Notes under the pieces: model-generated | Told to the model about the DNA's origin: nothing | Seen by the model: only the letters and a program-made list of their open reading frames with translations | Databases searched by the model: none | Source of the DNA: a virus | DNA: 35,276 bases | Virus record (IMG/VR): IMGVR_UViG_3300021963_000012 | Span: 1-35,276 of that record | Direction: 5' to 3' (one strand) | Position numbers and translations under genes: made by a program | In this document: positions 7,908-14,573 of the stretch, in pieces | How positions within the stretch are numbered: the first letter of the stretch is position 1 | Layout: every line of letters starts with the position of its first letter

Positions 7908-7946
7908 TTTGAGGGCTTGAAGGAGCAATGCTGAGGAGGAGGCGCA

Positions 7947-8243
7947 CTACTCCACCGATGATTCTACTCCTTTTTGTTGAGTTTTTGCAACATATCCCCA
8001 GATATTTTTTCTTCCAAATTCTGCGGTTAGCTGTTGCCTCTCCAACCTACCCGACTTCATAAGGCTGGCAAGTGACCCAGAGATGATTCCTGGCGACATC
8101 CCCAAGTCATTCTTTAGGGTGTTCAGGGTTACGGGTTCCGTGGCCGTGCTGATGGCTTCTAGGATTCTAGTTGTGTTCTTCATCTTCTTTCCTTTTATTA
8201 CAATCGTATCCAACACGGTTACGACCATCCTTACTTGTGACAT
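7947..8243 (-). CDS. Winged-helix (MarR-like) DNA-binding protein
   Basis: MKNTTRILEAISTATEPVTLNTLKNDLGMSPGIISGSLASLMKSGRLERQ is a wHTH-like pattern. The internal ATG at 8183 has the better SD (AAGGAAAGAAGATG), so the true start may be 8183. Confidence 0.55.
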   Translation of the reverse strand: MSQVRMVVTVLDTIVIKGKKMKNTTRILEAISTATEPVTLNTLKNDLGMSPGIISGSLASLMKSGRLERQQLTAEFGRKNIWGYVAKTQQKGVESSVE

Positions 8244-8246
8244 AGC

Positions 8247-8468
8247 CTACGACCGCGAGGGCGATGGCTGCGTAGAGAACCAACGCTTCTGTTGACAGTC
8301 CATACACTTCCATTGCTTGTTCCCCTTCCTGATTATATAACTTCCGTTTTCCTTGTTCCTTTCCCGCTGGCAGGAAAAGCAGAACTTAGTCTTCAAGACC
8401 CCGTCCATCTTTAGGTTCATCTCGACGAACCCTATAAAAGGTTCGCGCACCGACTCTGACTTCTTCAA
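8247..8468 (-). CDS. Small zinc-ribbon protein (CxxC...CxxC)
   Basis: KFCFSCQRERNKENGSYIIRKGNKQWKCMDCQ. The track start is TTG. ATG 8420 or 8408 would reduce the overlap with 8386..8595. Confidence 0.4.
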   Translation of the reverse strand: MKKSESVREPFIGFVEMNLKMDGVLKTKFCFSCQRERNKENGSYIIRKGNKQWKCMDCQQKRWFSTQPSPSRS

Positions 8469-8595
8469 CTTTGCCCTCCAGTAGCAACGAGACGCAGGTG
8501 TTGTACGCCTTGCTCTTGCTGACCGAGAACCTCTCTGCCAGGTGGGTTGGGTGAACTGGCTTCTTGCTTGCCAGAATGTAATCTTCGATTTTCAT
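8386..8595 (-). CDS. Small winged-helix-like DNA-binding protein
   Basis: MKIEDYILASKKPVHPTHLAERFSVSKSKAYNTCVSLLLEGKVEEVRVGARTFY is a wHTH-like pattern. It competes with the out-of-frame ORF 8465..8674. Confidence 0.5.
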   Translation of the reverse strand: MKIEDYILASKKPVHPTHLAERFSVSKSKAYNTCVSLLLEGKVEEVRVGARTFYRVRRDEPKDGRGLED

Positions 8596-8666
8596 CTTCT
8601 ACCATCTTTCTATATCTTTTCATGGACTCTCTCAGGTCGGTTTTTTCGGCGGGGATATAGGTAAAC

Positions 8667-8843
8667 CTACTCACTTTTGCCCTCTATCCCGTTTACCCAC
8701 TTGTAGATTTCGTGTGCCGAGTTCTCAATTTCCTGACATAACGCCGCGATGGTGTTTCTGTCGGGAGCATACGTGTTAGCCATCTCATGCTGGAGACGAT
8801 TGCCACAATGAATAATCCGAACCGCGTGTTCACTCTCATACAT
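8667..8843 (-). CDS. Hypothetical protein (58 aa), not in the ORF track
   Basis: Hand translation gives MYESEHAVRIIHCGNRLQHEMANTYAPDRNTIAALCQEIENSAHEIYKWVNGIEGKSE. Its start overlaps the upstream stop (ATGTATGA). Confidence 0.4.
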   Translation of the reverse strand: MYESEHAVRIIHCGNRLQHEMANTYAPDRNTIAALCQEIENSAHEIYKWVNGIEGKSE

Positions 8844-9039
8844 GATTCTTCCTTTTCAGTCTTTTGTTAATCTCAGCCGCTAGTTCCTCTACGTCGCTGT
8901 AAACATCCGAACCCCAGAGATTACAAGACTCTGCAATTGCCTTGAGTTCTAGGATGTCTATCTCTACCCACGGTTTTGCAGGGGTCAGGTTAGCGACACG
9001 GCGTTTGTTAGACAAACTGTCGATTTGTTCTAGTGTCAT
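8836..9039 (-). CDS. Hypothetical protein (67 aa)
   Basis: MTLEQIDSLSNKRRVANLTPAKPWVEIDILELKAIAESCNLWGSDVYSDVEELAAEINKRLKRKNHV. ATG 9039 has SD GGTGA. The track's GTG 9075 has none. Confidence 0.45.
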   Translation of the reverse strand: MTLEQIDSLSNKRRVANLTPAKPWVEIDILELKAIAESCNLWGSDVYSDVEELAAEINKRLKRKNHV

Positions 9040-9093
9040 AGCATCACCAGTACGGCGTAGCCTGTAACGCAACACGCTACAAAGGCTAGCGCG

Positions 9094-9648
9094 TCAAGCA
9101 GCGGAAAGCTCTGCTTTTCGTTTGTCCTTGGCAACCGTGATAGCGGCGATAAACCCCGCATCTGATTGAGACGCTGTGTACGCTGCTTTCCAATTTGATT
9201 GTAAATCTGTGACATTTTTGCTCTCCTCGATTAGTTTTACATAAGCCTCTGGCTCAGGTTTTGAGCCATCCTCGGGTAAATCTTCTCCTGCGTAGATGTA
9301 TAAGCCTAGACCATGCATTGCAATCCCTTTCGCCAGGCAACGCATAATGGCCGTGTTGACCTGAAAAGCGTCTGGGTTAGGGATAGCCTTGTTCTTGTGG
9401 TCAAGGACGGGAAGTTGGCAAGTAAGCGTCTTGCCGAACATTGTAACGTCCACAAATACCATCTTGGTGTCGCCGATTGAAACGTACGGTTGGTCGTACG
9501 ACTGACCGAACATCTTGACCGTCCACTCTGCTTGCGGGTCTGCCTTGATTGCCTCTTGCCAAGCCCATGCCCACGACAGGTATGTAAGGTTCCCCTTCTT
9601 TTCTGTGTGGTCGTTGACGTTAATCTTTAGTAAATCTACTGCGTTCAT
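9094..9648 (-). CDS. Rad52-like single-strand annealing protein (Sak/DUF1071 family)
   Basis: Contains LTYLSWAWAWQEAIK and AKGIAMHGLGLYIYAGEDLP, both characteristic of Sak/DUF1071 annealases. The C-terminal tail is acidic. Confidence 0.7.
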   Translation of the reverse strand: MNAVDLLKINVNDHTEKKGNLTYLSWAWAWQEAIKADPQAEWTVKMFGQSYDQPYVSIGDTKMVFVDVTMFGKTLTCQLPVLDHKNKAIPNPDAFQVNTAIMRCLAKGIAMHGLGLYIYAGEDLPEDGSKPEPEAYVKLIEESKNVTDLQSNWKAAYTASQSDAGFIAAITVAKDKRKAELSAA

Positions 9649-9869
9649 TTGAACCTCCTCATAATGTCGTCATGCTCCTTCAAAGCCTCTAGTAAGTATT
9701 TTACCGCAATTCTTACATAGTCCTCGTCCCCGTTAGCGTCCCGTATTGTCTGGGCGCAACCAATCATCTTGCCGTGGTTGCTAGACATTAGGCGTTGGCG
9801 TTCCCACAGGGCTTCGGTCTCTTGTTGTTCTTGCTCTTGCTGTTGTGCGTGGGCTTGGCAATCAGTCAC
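9645..9869 (-). CDS. Hypothetical protein (Q/E-rich N-terminus)
   Basis: 74-aa ORF with a GTG start. ATGA overlap with the annealase start. No motif recognised. Confidence 0.4.
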   Translation of the reverse strand: MTDCQAHAQQQEQEQQETEALWERQRLMSSNHGKMIGCAQTIRDANGDEDYVRIAVKYLLEALKEHDDIMRRFK

Positions 9870-9975
9870 GGTTAGCCTCCCATGCGCGTTCTTGCCAGTA
9901 AGAATCGTCGTCCTCGTCCTCCTCAGACTCAGGCTCTTGGGGTGGTGTGTAATACCAGTCTTCGTCGTATAACAT
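9862..9975 (-). CDS. Highly acidic mini-protein (37 aa), not in the ORF track
   Basis: MLYDEDWYYTPPQEPESEEDEDDDSYWQERAWEANRD has 15 of 37 residues D/E. Strong SD GAGGAGGAAGTAATG. Confidence 0.5.
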   Translation of the reverse strand: MLYDEDWYYTPPQEPESEEDEDDDSYWQERAWEANRD

Positions 9976-9993
9976 TACTTCCTCCTCAAAGAT

Positions 9994-10007
9994 GGGGCCG
10001 AAGCCCC
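9994..10007 (-). promoter_or_regulatory. Intercistronic UUCG-tetraloop hairpin (weak terminator or RNA-stability element)
   Basis: Minus-strand GGGGC-UUCG-GCCCC is followed by AUCUUUGAGGAGG. Only a 5-bp stem and a short U tract. Confidence 0.3.
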
Positions 10008-10012
10008 GTTAG

Positions 10013-10153
10013 TTAAATTTCCTCAATAGACTGAATTGTCCAGTTAAGAGCCATTGCGCGGAGCCGCGCATTGTCGAGGGATTTGTGATACTCAACATTG
10101 ACAAAGCCTTTGTTGAGAACGTCAGAAAAACAGTAGAAAGTAACTTTAAGCAT
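10013..10153 (-). CDS. First leftward early ORF (46 aa), hypothetical, not in the ORF track
   Basis: MLKVTFYCFSDVLNKGFVNVEYHKSLDNARLRAMALNWTIQSIEEI. Strong SD GAGGAGGACAAAATG. Confidence 0.45.
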   Translation of the reverse strand: MLKVTFYCFSDVLNKGFVNVEYHKSLDNARLRAMALNWTIQSIEEI

Positions 10154-10276
10154 TTTGTCCTCCTCAGAACAATATGGCGGGATGCCATGAACAGAATCTT
10201 ACACTACTTTTCTGGGTTGTGTAAGAAATATACCTAGGACTAACCCTAATGTATGGTTATACAGTAGAATGTAAGA
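10154..10276. promoter_or_regulatory. Divergent early control region (promoters not resolved)
   Basis: A 123-bp AT-richer gap separates the oppositely oriented first genes (10153 minus, 10277 plus). There are only weak sigma70-like hexamers, e.g. TTACAC-17 nt-TAAGAA. Confidence 0.35.
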
Positions 10277-10585
10277 ATGTCCCCGACCCAGCGTTCCCTG
10301 AAATACCTCCGCGACCAAGGCTATCGGTGCTGGATAGTCGAGAGGTGGTGTCCCTATTCCCGCAAGCGCATAGACCTGTGGAACTGCCTAGACATCCTGG
10401 CCATAGGCAACGGGGAGACCATAGGGGTACAGACCACCAGCCGAGGAAATGTTGCGGCGCGGGTAAAGAAAATCGAGGAAAACGAGTATTACCCAGAGTT
10501 GGTGCGGTCAGGGTGGAAAGTCCATGTCCACGGGTGGGGGAAGCTGAAAGCGGGTTGGACAATAAAATTAGTTGAACTTAACTAA
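10277..10585 (+). CDS. PD-(D/E)XK-type nuclease, Holliday-junction-resolvase-like
   Basis: 102 aa. RCWIVERW..RIDLWNCLDILAIGNGETIGVQTTS resembles the E...D...(D/E/Q)x(K/T) core of small phage or archaeal resolvase-like nucleases. Confidence 0.4.
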   Translation: MSPTQRSLKYLRDQGYRCWIVERWCPYSRKRIDLWNCLDILAIGNGETIGVQTTSRGNVAARVKKIEENEYYPELVRSGWKVHVHGWGKLKAGWTIKLVELN

Positions 10586-10657
10586 AACCGTGGTATCCTA
10601 GTGATGTCAGCGGTGTGGCAGCCGTTGGAACCAAAAAGGACAGGCAATGGTAGCGCA

Positions 10658-10786
10658 AGCCCATATAAGTCTAGGGCGTGTGTAGAGTTCAAACCGATGA
10701 GTTCGGCTTACTATCGTTGCCCCCTTATTGGTTTCAATTTCTGCTCATGCCAAGAGCCACGCTCTAGTCTTATGTGGGCTTTTTTG
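10658..10786 (+). terminator. Very long imperfect hairpin plus T-run (terminator, RNase III-type site or small RNA)
   Basis: 10658-10680 pairs with 10758-10780: 20 Watson-Crick pairs, 2 G.U and 1 mismatch over 23 positions. The T-run 10780-10785 follows. The interior can form a second helix, 10691-10701 with 10724-10734. Confidence 0.5.
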
Positions 10787-10791
10787 CGTCC

Positions 10792-10892
10792 GCTGACTGC
10801 TACCTAGTCGTCGGCGAAAGACGGCAGGGCTAGGCGGCGATAGGGATACTGTGGGCAGCGTTGGAATATCCTAACCTGGCGGCGAAGTCAGC
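10792..10892 (+). ncRNA. Candidate structured RNA or DNA element (three-way junction), unclassified
   Basis: GCTGACT (10792-98) pairs with AGTCAGC (10886-92). This encloses hairpin 10803-10834, capped by a GAAA tetraloop (10816-19), and hairpin 10841-10873 (TAGGGATA/TATCCTA). Stops are scattered across the three plus-strand frames. Confidence 0.3.
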
Positions 10893-11010
10893 ACCAGAAC
10901 GCGAAAAGGCTGACGAGTCCTGTGGCTCCGAAAGTGCAGGTAAAGGCGGGCGAGGCTAAGGCTAAGTCCGTCCACCAAAAGTGCAGATATATACATAGTA
11001 AGGGAGGATT

Positions 11011-11379
11011 ATGTATAGGAATAGAGAGTACGGTAGCCAGCTCAAGGACTTCTCAGGTCTGAGATGGGGAGCAATATCTCCGACAGACATAGACGCAATC
11101 CTAGAGTTCTCTAACCGACTGTTCATAATCGTAGAGGCAAAATATAAAAATGCCCAAGTCCCGTTCGGGCAAAAGCTCTGCCTAGAGCGACTCTGCGATG
11201 CCATCCAAAGCGAAACCAAGACCTGTGTGCTAATGCTTACGTCGCACGAAAGCGACGGGGATATAGATATGGGTTTGACAATTGTTAGACAATACAGGGA
11301 AAATGGAGTCTGGCACGAATCGCCAGAAATGACTTTGAGGGAAGTCATAGACATTATGAGGAGAAAATATCTTGGATGA
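11011..11379 (+). CDS. PD-(D/E)XK nuclease-fold protein, unknown role
   Basis: ISPTDIDAILEF..NRLFIIVEAKYK fits D...(E)xK. Strong SD AAGGGAGGATTATG. Confidence 0.45.
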   Translation: MYRNREYGSQLKDFSGLRWGAISPTDIDAILEFSNRLFIIVEAKYKNAQVPFGQKLCLERLCDAIQSETKTCVLMLTSHESDGDIDMGLTIVRQYRENGVWHESPEMTLREVIDIMRRKYLG

Positions 11380-11752
11380 TTTCGACACCTTCTGGGCGCT
11401 ATACCCAAAGAAAGTAGCAAAGGCCGACGCTAGAAAAGCGTGGGCGCAGACAAAAGATATACGGCCAGAGTTAACAAATTTGTTAACTGCCATCACAGCC
11501 GCTTGCAAGACCGAGTCTTGGATGAAGGCTGGCGGGGCGTTCATCCCTTACCCTGCCACCTGGTTGCGCGGGGAGCGTTGGGACGACATCCACGAAGTTA
11601 CTCTACCAAACGTAGTTAACGATAAACCTTGGCACGAAACCGCTACGGGCATAGAACTCAAGGGTAAAGAACTAGGATTAGACCCCAGCCAGTTCGAGTC
11701 CTTTCCTCACTTTAAAGTTGCGGTTATGAGAGCCGCGCTAAAGTCTGCGTGA
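11372..11752 (+). CDS. Conserved phage protein, possible replication-initiation or organiser-like
   Basis: N-terminal FDTFWALYPKKVAKADARKAWAQ...IPYPATWLRGERWDD is a recurrent motif in phage replication modules. TTG start. The function is not established. Confidence 0.35.
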   Translation: MDDFDTFWALYPKKVAKADARKAWAQTKDIRPELTNLLTAITAACKTESWMKAGGAFIPYPATWLRGERWDDIHEVTLPNVVNDKPWHETATGIELKGKELGLDPSQFESFPHFKVAVMRAALKSA

Positions 11753-12129
11753 TTCTCTCCCCACACAACAGGAACGTCGCCCGTGAGATGGTGGATAACG
11801 CACCTGACGGGCATATCCTAGAAGTCCGTCCCCCTAAACGCAGTCTTGACAGCAACAGGTACTACTGGGCGGTCTTGGGTGATATATCCGAGCAGGTGGT
11901 TCCAGGTAAAGCCTACGAACCTAGTATCTGGCACGAATACCTACGCGCCTTGTTTCTGCCTGAACGAATGGTGGAGTTGCCAGACGGAAGCATAAAGATG
12001 CTGGAGCCGAGTACGAGTGAGTTAAATCAGGCGACGTTTTCGGAGTACACGGAGAAGGTCATAAAGTGGGCACTCGAACACGACGTAAGGTTTAGTGATA
12101 ACACAAGGGGGCTAGGTGACAAAAGATGA
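11749..12129 (+). CDS. ninB: NinB/Orf-family recombination mediator
   Basis: RSLDSNRYYWAVLGDISEQV and STSELNQATFSEYTEKVIKWALEHDVRFSD parallel lambda Orf motifs (RSLDQNRKLWACLGDVSRQV ... STSRM...GVKWSD, from memory). Confidence 0.75.
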   Translation: MILSPHNRNVAREMVDNAPDGHILEVRPPKRSLDSNRYYWAVLGDISEQVVPGKAYEPSIWHEYLRALFLPERMVELPDGSIKMLEPSTSELNQATFSEYTEKVIKWALEHDVRFSDNTRGLGDKR

Positions 12130-12415
12130 GAAGAAGCATATGTCTGCGGTTGCAGCCCTCGGATGCATGGTCTGCCGAAGAATTGGGTACTCTGATAGCC
12201 CGTCTGAAATTCATCATCTGCGGGCCGGTCAAGGATGGGGCAGGAGTTCGCACTACCTTGCAATACCACTATGCCCAGAGCATCACAGAGGTAAAACTGG
12301 AGTTCACGGACTCGGAACCAAAGGCTTCCCAAAGCACTACGGATTTACAGAACAAGACCTGCTTGACGACGTAAGGAGCTTACTAGGTGAAAGCAATAGC
12401 AATAGCAACAACTGA
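12116..12415 (+). CDS. Ref/DUF968-type HNH nuclease (recombination enhancement-like)
   Basis: LGCMVCRR...SEIHHLRAG...AIPLCPEHHRGKTGVHGLG is a Cys4/His motif pattern as in P1 Ref/DUF968 proteins. Confidence 0.6.
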   Translation: MTKDEKKHMSAVAALGCMVCRRIGYSDSPSEIHHLRAGQGWGRSSHYLAIPLCPEHHRGKTGVHGLGTKGFPKHYGFTEQDLLDDVRSLLGESNSNSNN

Positions 12416-13070
12416 GGGCAAGTGTCTGCCCGTACTAGCCGCCTCCGTGACCTTCTACGTCCCGCAGGATGTGACGGTATTCCTAGCGGGTAGCGACATT
12501 ATCTTCCCGCGCCACAGGACTGTGAACCTACCTAACGACGCGACTAACTTCGGAGACGCTTATAACGCCGTGGTTAAGAGGGCGTTCGAGGAGGTGGACG
12601 AGGTGGTAGTCTGTAACGACGATATTGTGTTCAACCCTAGCACCTGGAAGTTGCTAGGCGAGGACGTTGCGTTTCTGCGAGACAAAAGAATCCCCCTCGG
12701 CTGGGTAGCCGCTAGGTCTGATTATGCCCGAGGATTGCAGAACATTAGGCTAGGGCAGGGAAAAATGGAATGGTTTCGGTACGAGACCGAGAACCTTATT
12801 AACATCACCGATGTTATAGCCCCGATTTGTAGTTACATACACAAGGACGCGTTTGTAAATTTTCCCCCATTGACCTGGTACTCAGACGATGTGAACTGCC
12901 TAGACATCCAGAAGAATGGCTTCCAGCACGCCATCAGCAGGGCTTACGTCCACCACGTCGGGTCTCAAACGTGTGGATTTAATGCCAAAGAACTTATACA
13001 ATCTGCAAAACCTTGGATTAAGGAAAATAGGCCGGAGTTATACGAACTATGGTTCAAAGGACATGATTAG
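12387..13070 (+). CDS. GT-A fold glycosyltransferase (family 2-like)
   Basis: NFGDAYNAVVKRAF..VDEVVVCNDDIVFNPSTW carries a DxD-type NDD motif. It is followed by PLGWVAARSD and YVHHVGSQT. GTG start. Confidence 0.55.
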   Translation: MKAIAIATTEGKCLPVLAASVTFYVPQDVTVFLAGSDIIFPRHRTVNLPNDATNFGDAYNAVVKRAFEEVDEVVVCNDDIVFNPSTWKLLGEDVAFLRDKRIPLGWVAARSDYARGLQNIRLGQGKMEWFRYETENLINITDVIAPICSYIHKDAFVNFPPLTWYSDDVNCLDIQKNGFQHAISRAYVHHVGSQTCGFNAKELIQSAKPWIKENRPELYELWFKGHD

Positions 13071-13467
13071 CGAAGACCGTCTCAAAAACTGGGGTTGGTG
13101 GTGTGCATACGGGCCTTTAGGCCCAGAGGTTCGTACCCGCGCAGCAAGCGCAGAGGGGAACTACGAGTCCGAGGATGTCTTTGAGGGCGAGGAGCCAAGG
13201 ATAGAACCCGATATGTTGGACGGGCAGATGGTAGAAGACGCAGTAAGGGTTTTACCTGATATAAGTCGCAGGGTTTTGAAGGCAAGGTATATCCAGTACC
13301 CGTACAACCTGAGCCACAATGTTGCCCAGCGACTGCGTATGAGTACGGATAGGTTAGAGGCAGAGTTGATGATAGCCAAGAGGAGGCTGTATGACCGATT
13401 ACAAAGAAATTGTTCAGGGCACAGAGGAATGGTTACAGGCGAGGCTGGGGTTTTGCACCGCGAGTAG
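13063..13467 (+). CDS. Late-gene regulator candidate (antiterminator Q-like, or sigma-70 region 4-like HTH)
   Basis: LKNWGWWCAY... then MVEDAVRVLPDISRRVLKARYIQYPYNLSHNVAQRLRMSTDRLEAELMIAKRRL. ATG 13063 overlaps the glycosyltransferase stop. The 3' end overlaps the exonuclease gene by 77 nt. Confidence 0.4.
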   Translation: MISEDRLKNWGWWCAYGPLGPEVRTRAASAEGNYESEDVFEGEEPRIEPDMLDGQMVEDAVRVLPDISRRVLKARYIQYPYNLSHNVAQRLRMSTDRLEAELMIAKRRLYDRLQRNCSGHRGMVTGEAGVLHRE

Positions 13468-13996
13468 GGTTAGCGATGCATTAGCGGGTAAGGATACCGA
13501 GACCCGCAAGAACTACCTCTGGCAGCTCGTAGCAGAAAGACTTACCAAGATGCCCCAGGCGGGGTTTGCGCCCAACGCGGCCATGCTTCGTGGAACTGAG
13601 CAGGAGCCTATCGCCCGCGCCGCATACGAGGCTCACACGGGCGTTTTCGTAGACCAAGTAGGGTTCGTCCCACACGCGACTATACAATGGCTAGGAGCCT
13701 CTCCTGACGGCTTGGTGGGGGATGATGGTCTGGTAGAGATTAAGAACCCGAATACGGCCACGCACCTCCAGTACAGGAAGGCTGGCAAGGTTCCCACCAA
13801 GTACAAGAACCAGATGATGCTCCAACTTGCCTGTACGGGTAGGAAGTGGTGCGACTTTGTGAGTTTTGACTCACGACTGCCGGTAAGCAAGATGCTGTTC
13901 ATCGTGCGGTTCGAGCCAAAGCAAGACGAGATAGACGAGATGCTAGACAAGATTCAGGTGTTCTTATCAGAAGTGGAGGCCGAGTGTGACGATTGA
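13391..13996 (+). CDS. YqaJ-like (lambda Exo-type) recombination exonuclease
   Basis: GTEEWLQARLGFCTASRVSDAL, ASPDGLV..DGLVEIKNP and QMMLQLACTGRKWCDFVSF are PD-(D/E)XK YqaJ hallmarks. SD AGGAGGCTGTATG. Confidence 0.8.
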   Translation: MTDYKEIVQGTEEWLQARLGFCTASRVSDALAGKDTETRKNYLWQLVAERLTKMPQAGFAPNAAMLRGTEQEPIARAAYEAHTGVFVDQVGFVPHATIQWLGASPDGLVGDDGLVEIKNPNTATHLQYRKAGKVPTKYKNQMMLQLACTGRKWCDFVSFDSRLPVSKMLFIVRFEPKQDEIDEMLDKIQVFLSEVEAECDD

Positions 13997-14180
13997 CGAC
14001 TTAGCTGTAGAGGCGGGACTGTTTCTCAAGGAGGGGGAGTTGTTGTTTAACTTCCACGAAGACTCTCGTACCCAGTTGCAGAGGTTTGCGGACATAGTGC
14101 GCGAGGAGGAGATGTTGCGGTGCGCTAGGATGGCAGAGGAATGGGGATTTAAGAGCTTGGCTCAGGAGATGAGGGGTTGA
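13986..14180 (+). CDS. Hypothetical small protein
   Basis: 64-aa ORF with a GTG start overlapping the exonuclease stop. No motif. Confidence 0.35.
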   Translation: MTIDDLAVEAGLFLKEGELLFNFHEDSRTQLQRFADIVREEEMLRCARMAEEWGFKSLAQEMRG

Positions 14181-14191
14181 GCCAGCAGGTG

Positions 14192-14326
14192 ATGATAGAA
14201 GCCCTGTATCAGGAGATTATTGGGGTTCTGGGCAAGTTTGACGAGGCACTCCCACTAGCCTCGGTAGTCGGGGTCTTAGAGGTAATCAAGTACCAGCTTT
14301 TAAATAACACGGAGGAAGACGAATGA
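14192..14326 (+). CDS. Hypothetical mini-protein (44 aa), not in the ORF track
   Basis: MIEALYQEIIGVLGKFDEALPLASVVGVLEVIKYQLLNNTEEDE. Its stop overlaps the next ATG as ATGA. Confidence 0.35.
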   Translation: MIEALYQEIIGVLGKFDEALPLASVVGVLEVIKYQLLNNTEEDE

Positions 14327-14436
14327 GAGACGGACTTATATCTGCACACTTCTACGCGCAGGACGCGGCATTTTTCGTGCTATTTATGCTTGGCGTTATT
14401 ATCTTCGCGGGGTGGACAGAGTGGCGGCGTGGTTAA
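14323..14436 (+). CDS. Single-TM mini-protein (37 aa), not in the ORF track
   Basis: MRDGLISAHFYAQDAAFFVLFMLGVIIFAGWTEWRRG has a hydrophobic core flanked by charged residues. Confidence 0.35.
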   Translation: MRDGLISAHFYAQDAAFFVLFMLGVIIFAGWTEWRRG

Positions 14437-14564
14437 TAGCCGGTATCGGTGTTGTATACCTTGTGGTAGCGGTGCAGTTGCTACTAGAAGGTAAGGTGGG
14501 TCTGGGCGTGGCTTTCTTAGGTTATAGCCTTGGCAATGTGGGTCTTTATATAGCAGCCAAATAG
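14421..14564 (+). CDS. Two-TM mini-protein (47 aa), not in the ORF track
   Basis: A GTG-start ORF, VAAWLIAGIGVVYLVVAVQLLLEGKVGLGVAFLGYSLGNVGLYIAAK, overlapping the previous ORF by 16 nt. Confidence 0.3.
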   Translation: MAAWLIAGIGVVYLVVAVQLLLEGKVGLGVAFLGYSLGNVGLYIAAK

Positions 14565-14573
14565 GAGAAGTAA

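Noticed and set aside
10685-10707. tRNA T-arm-like string GAGTTCAAACCGATGAGTTCGG.
   Set aside because: There is no flanking acceptor, D or anticodon stem and no proper 5-bp T-stem. It fits better as part of the long hairpin. No tRNA is called anywhere in the window.
10910-10933. Hammerhead-ribozyme-like core, CUGACGA-GUCCUGUGGCUCC-GAAA, which strongly resembles CUGAUGA-GUCC-GUGA-GGAC-GAAA.
   Set aside because: The 13 nt between the two core boxes cannot form stem II (GUCC has no GGAC partner). I could not find matching stems I and III or a cleavage-site triplet.
10601-11420. ORFs 10601-10807 (+) and 10962-11420 (-) in or next to the structured intergenic region.
   Set aside because: The first has a GTG start without an SD and spans the long hairpin and T-run. 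The second is antisense to a well-supported gene (11011-11379, strong SD). Both have junk-like composition.
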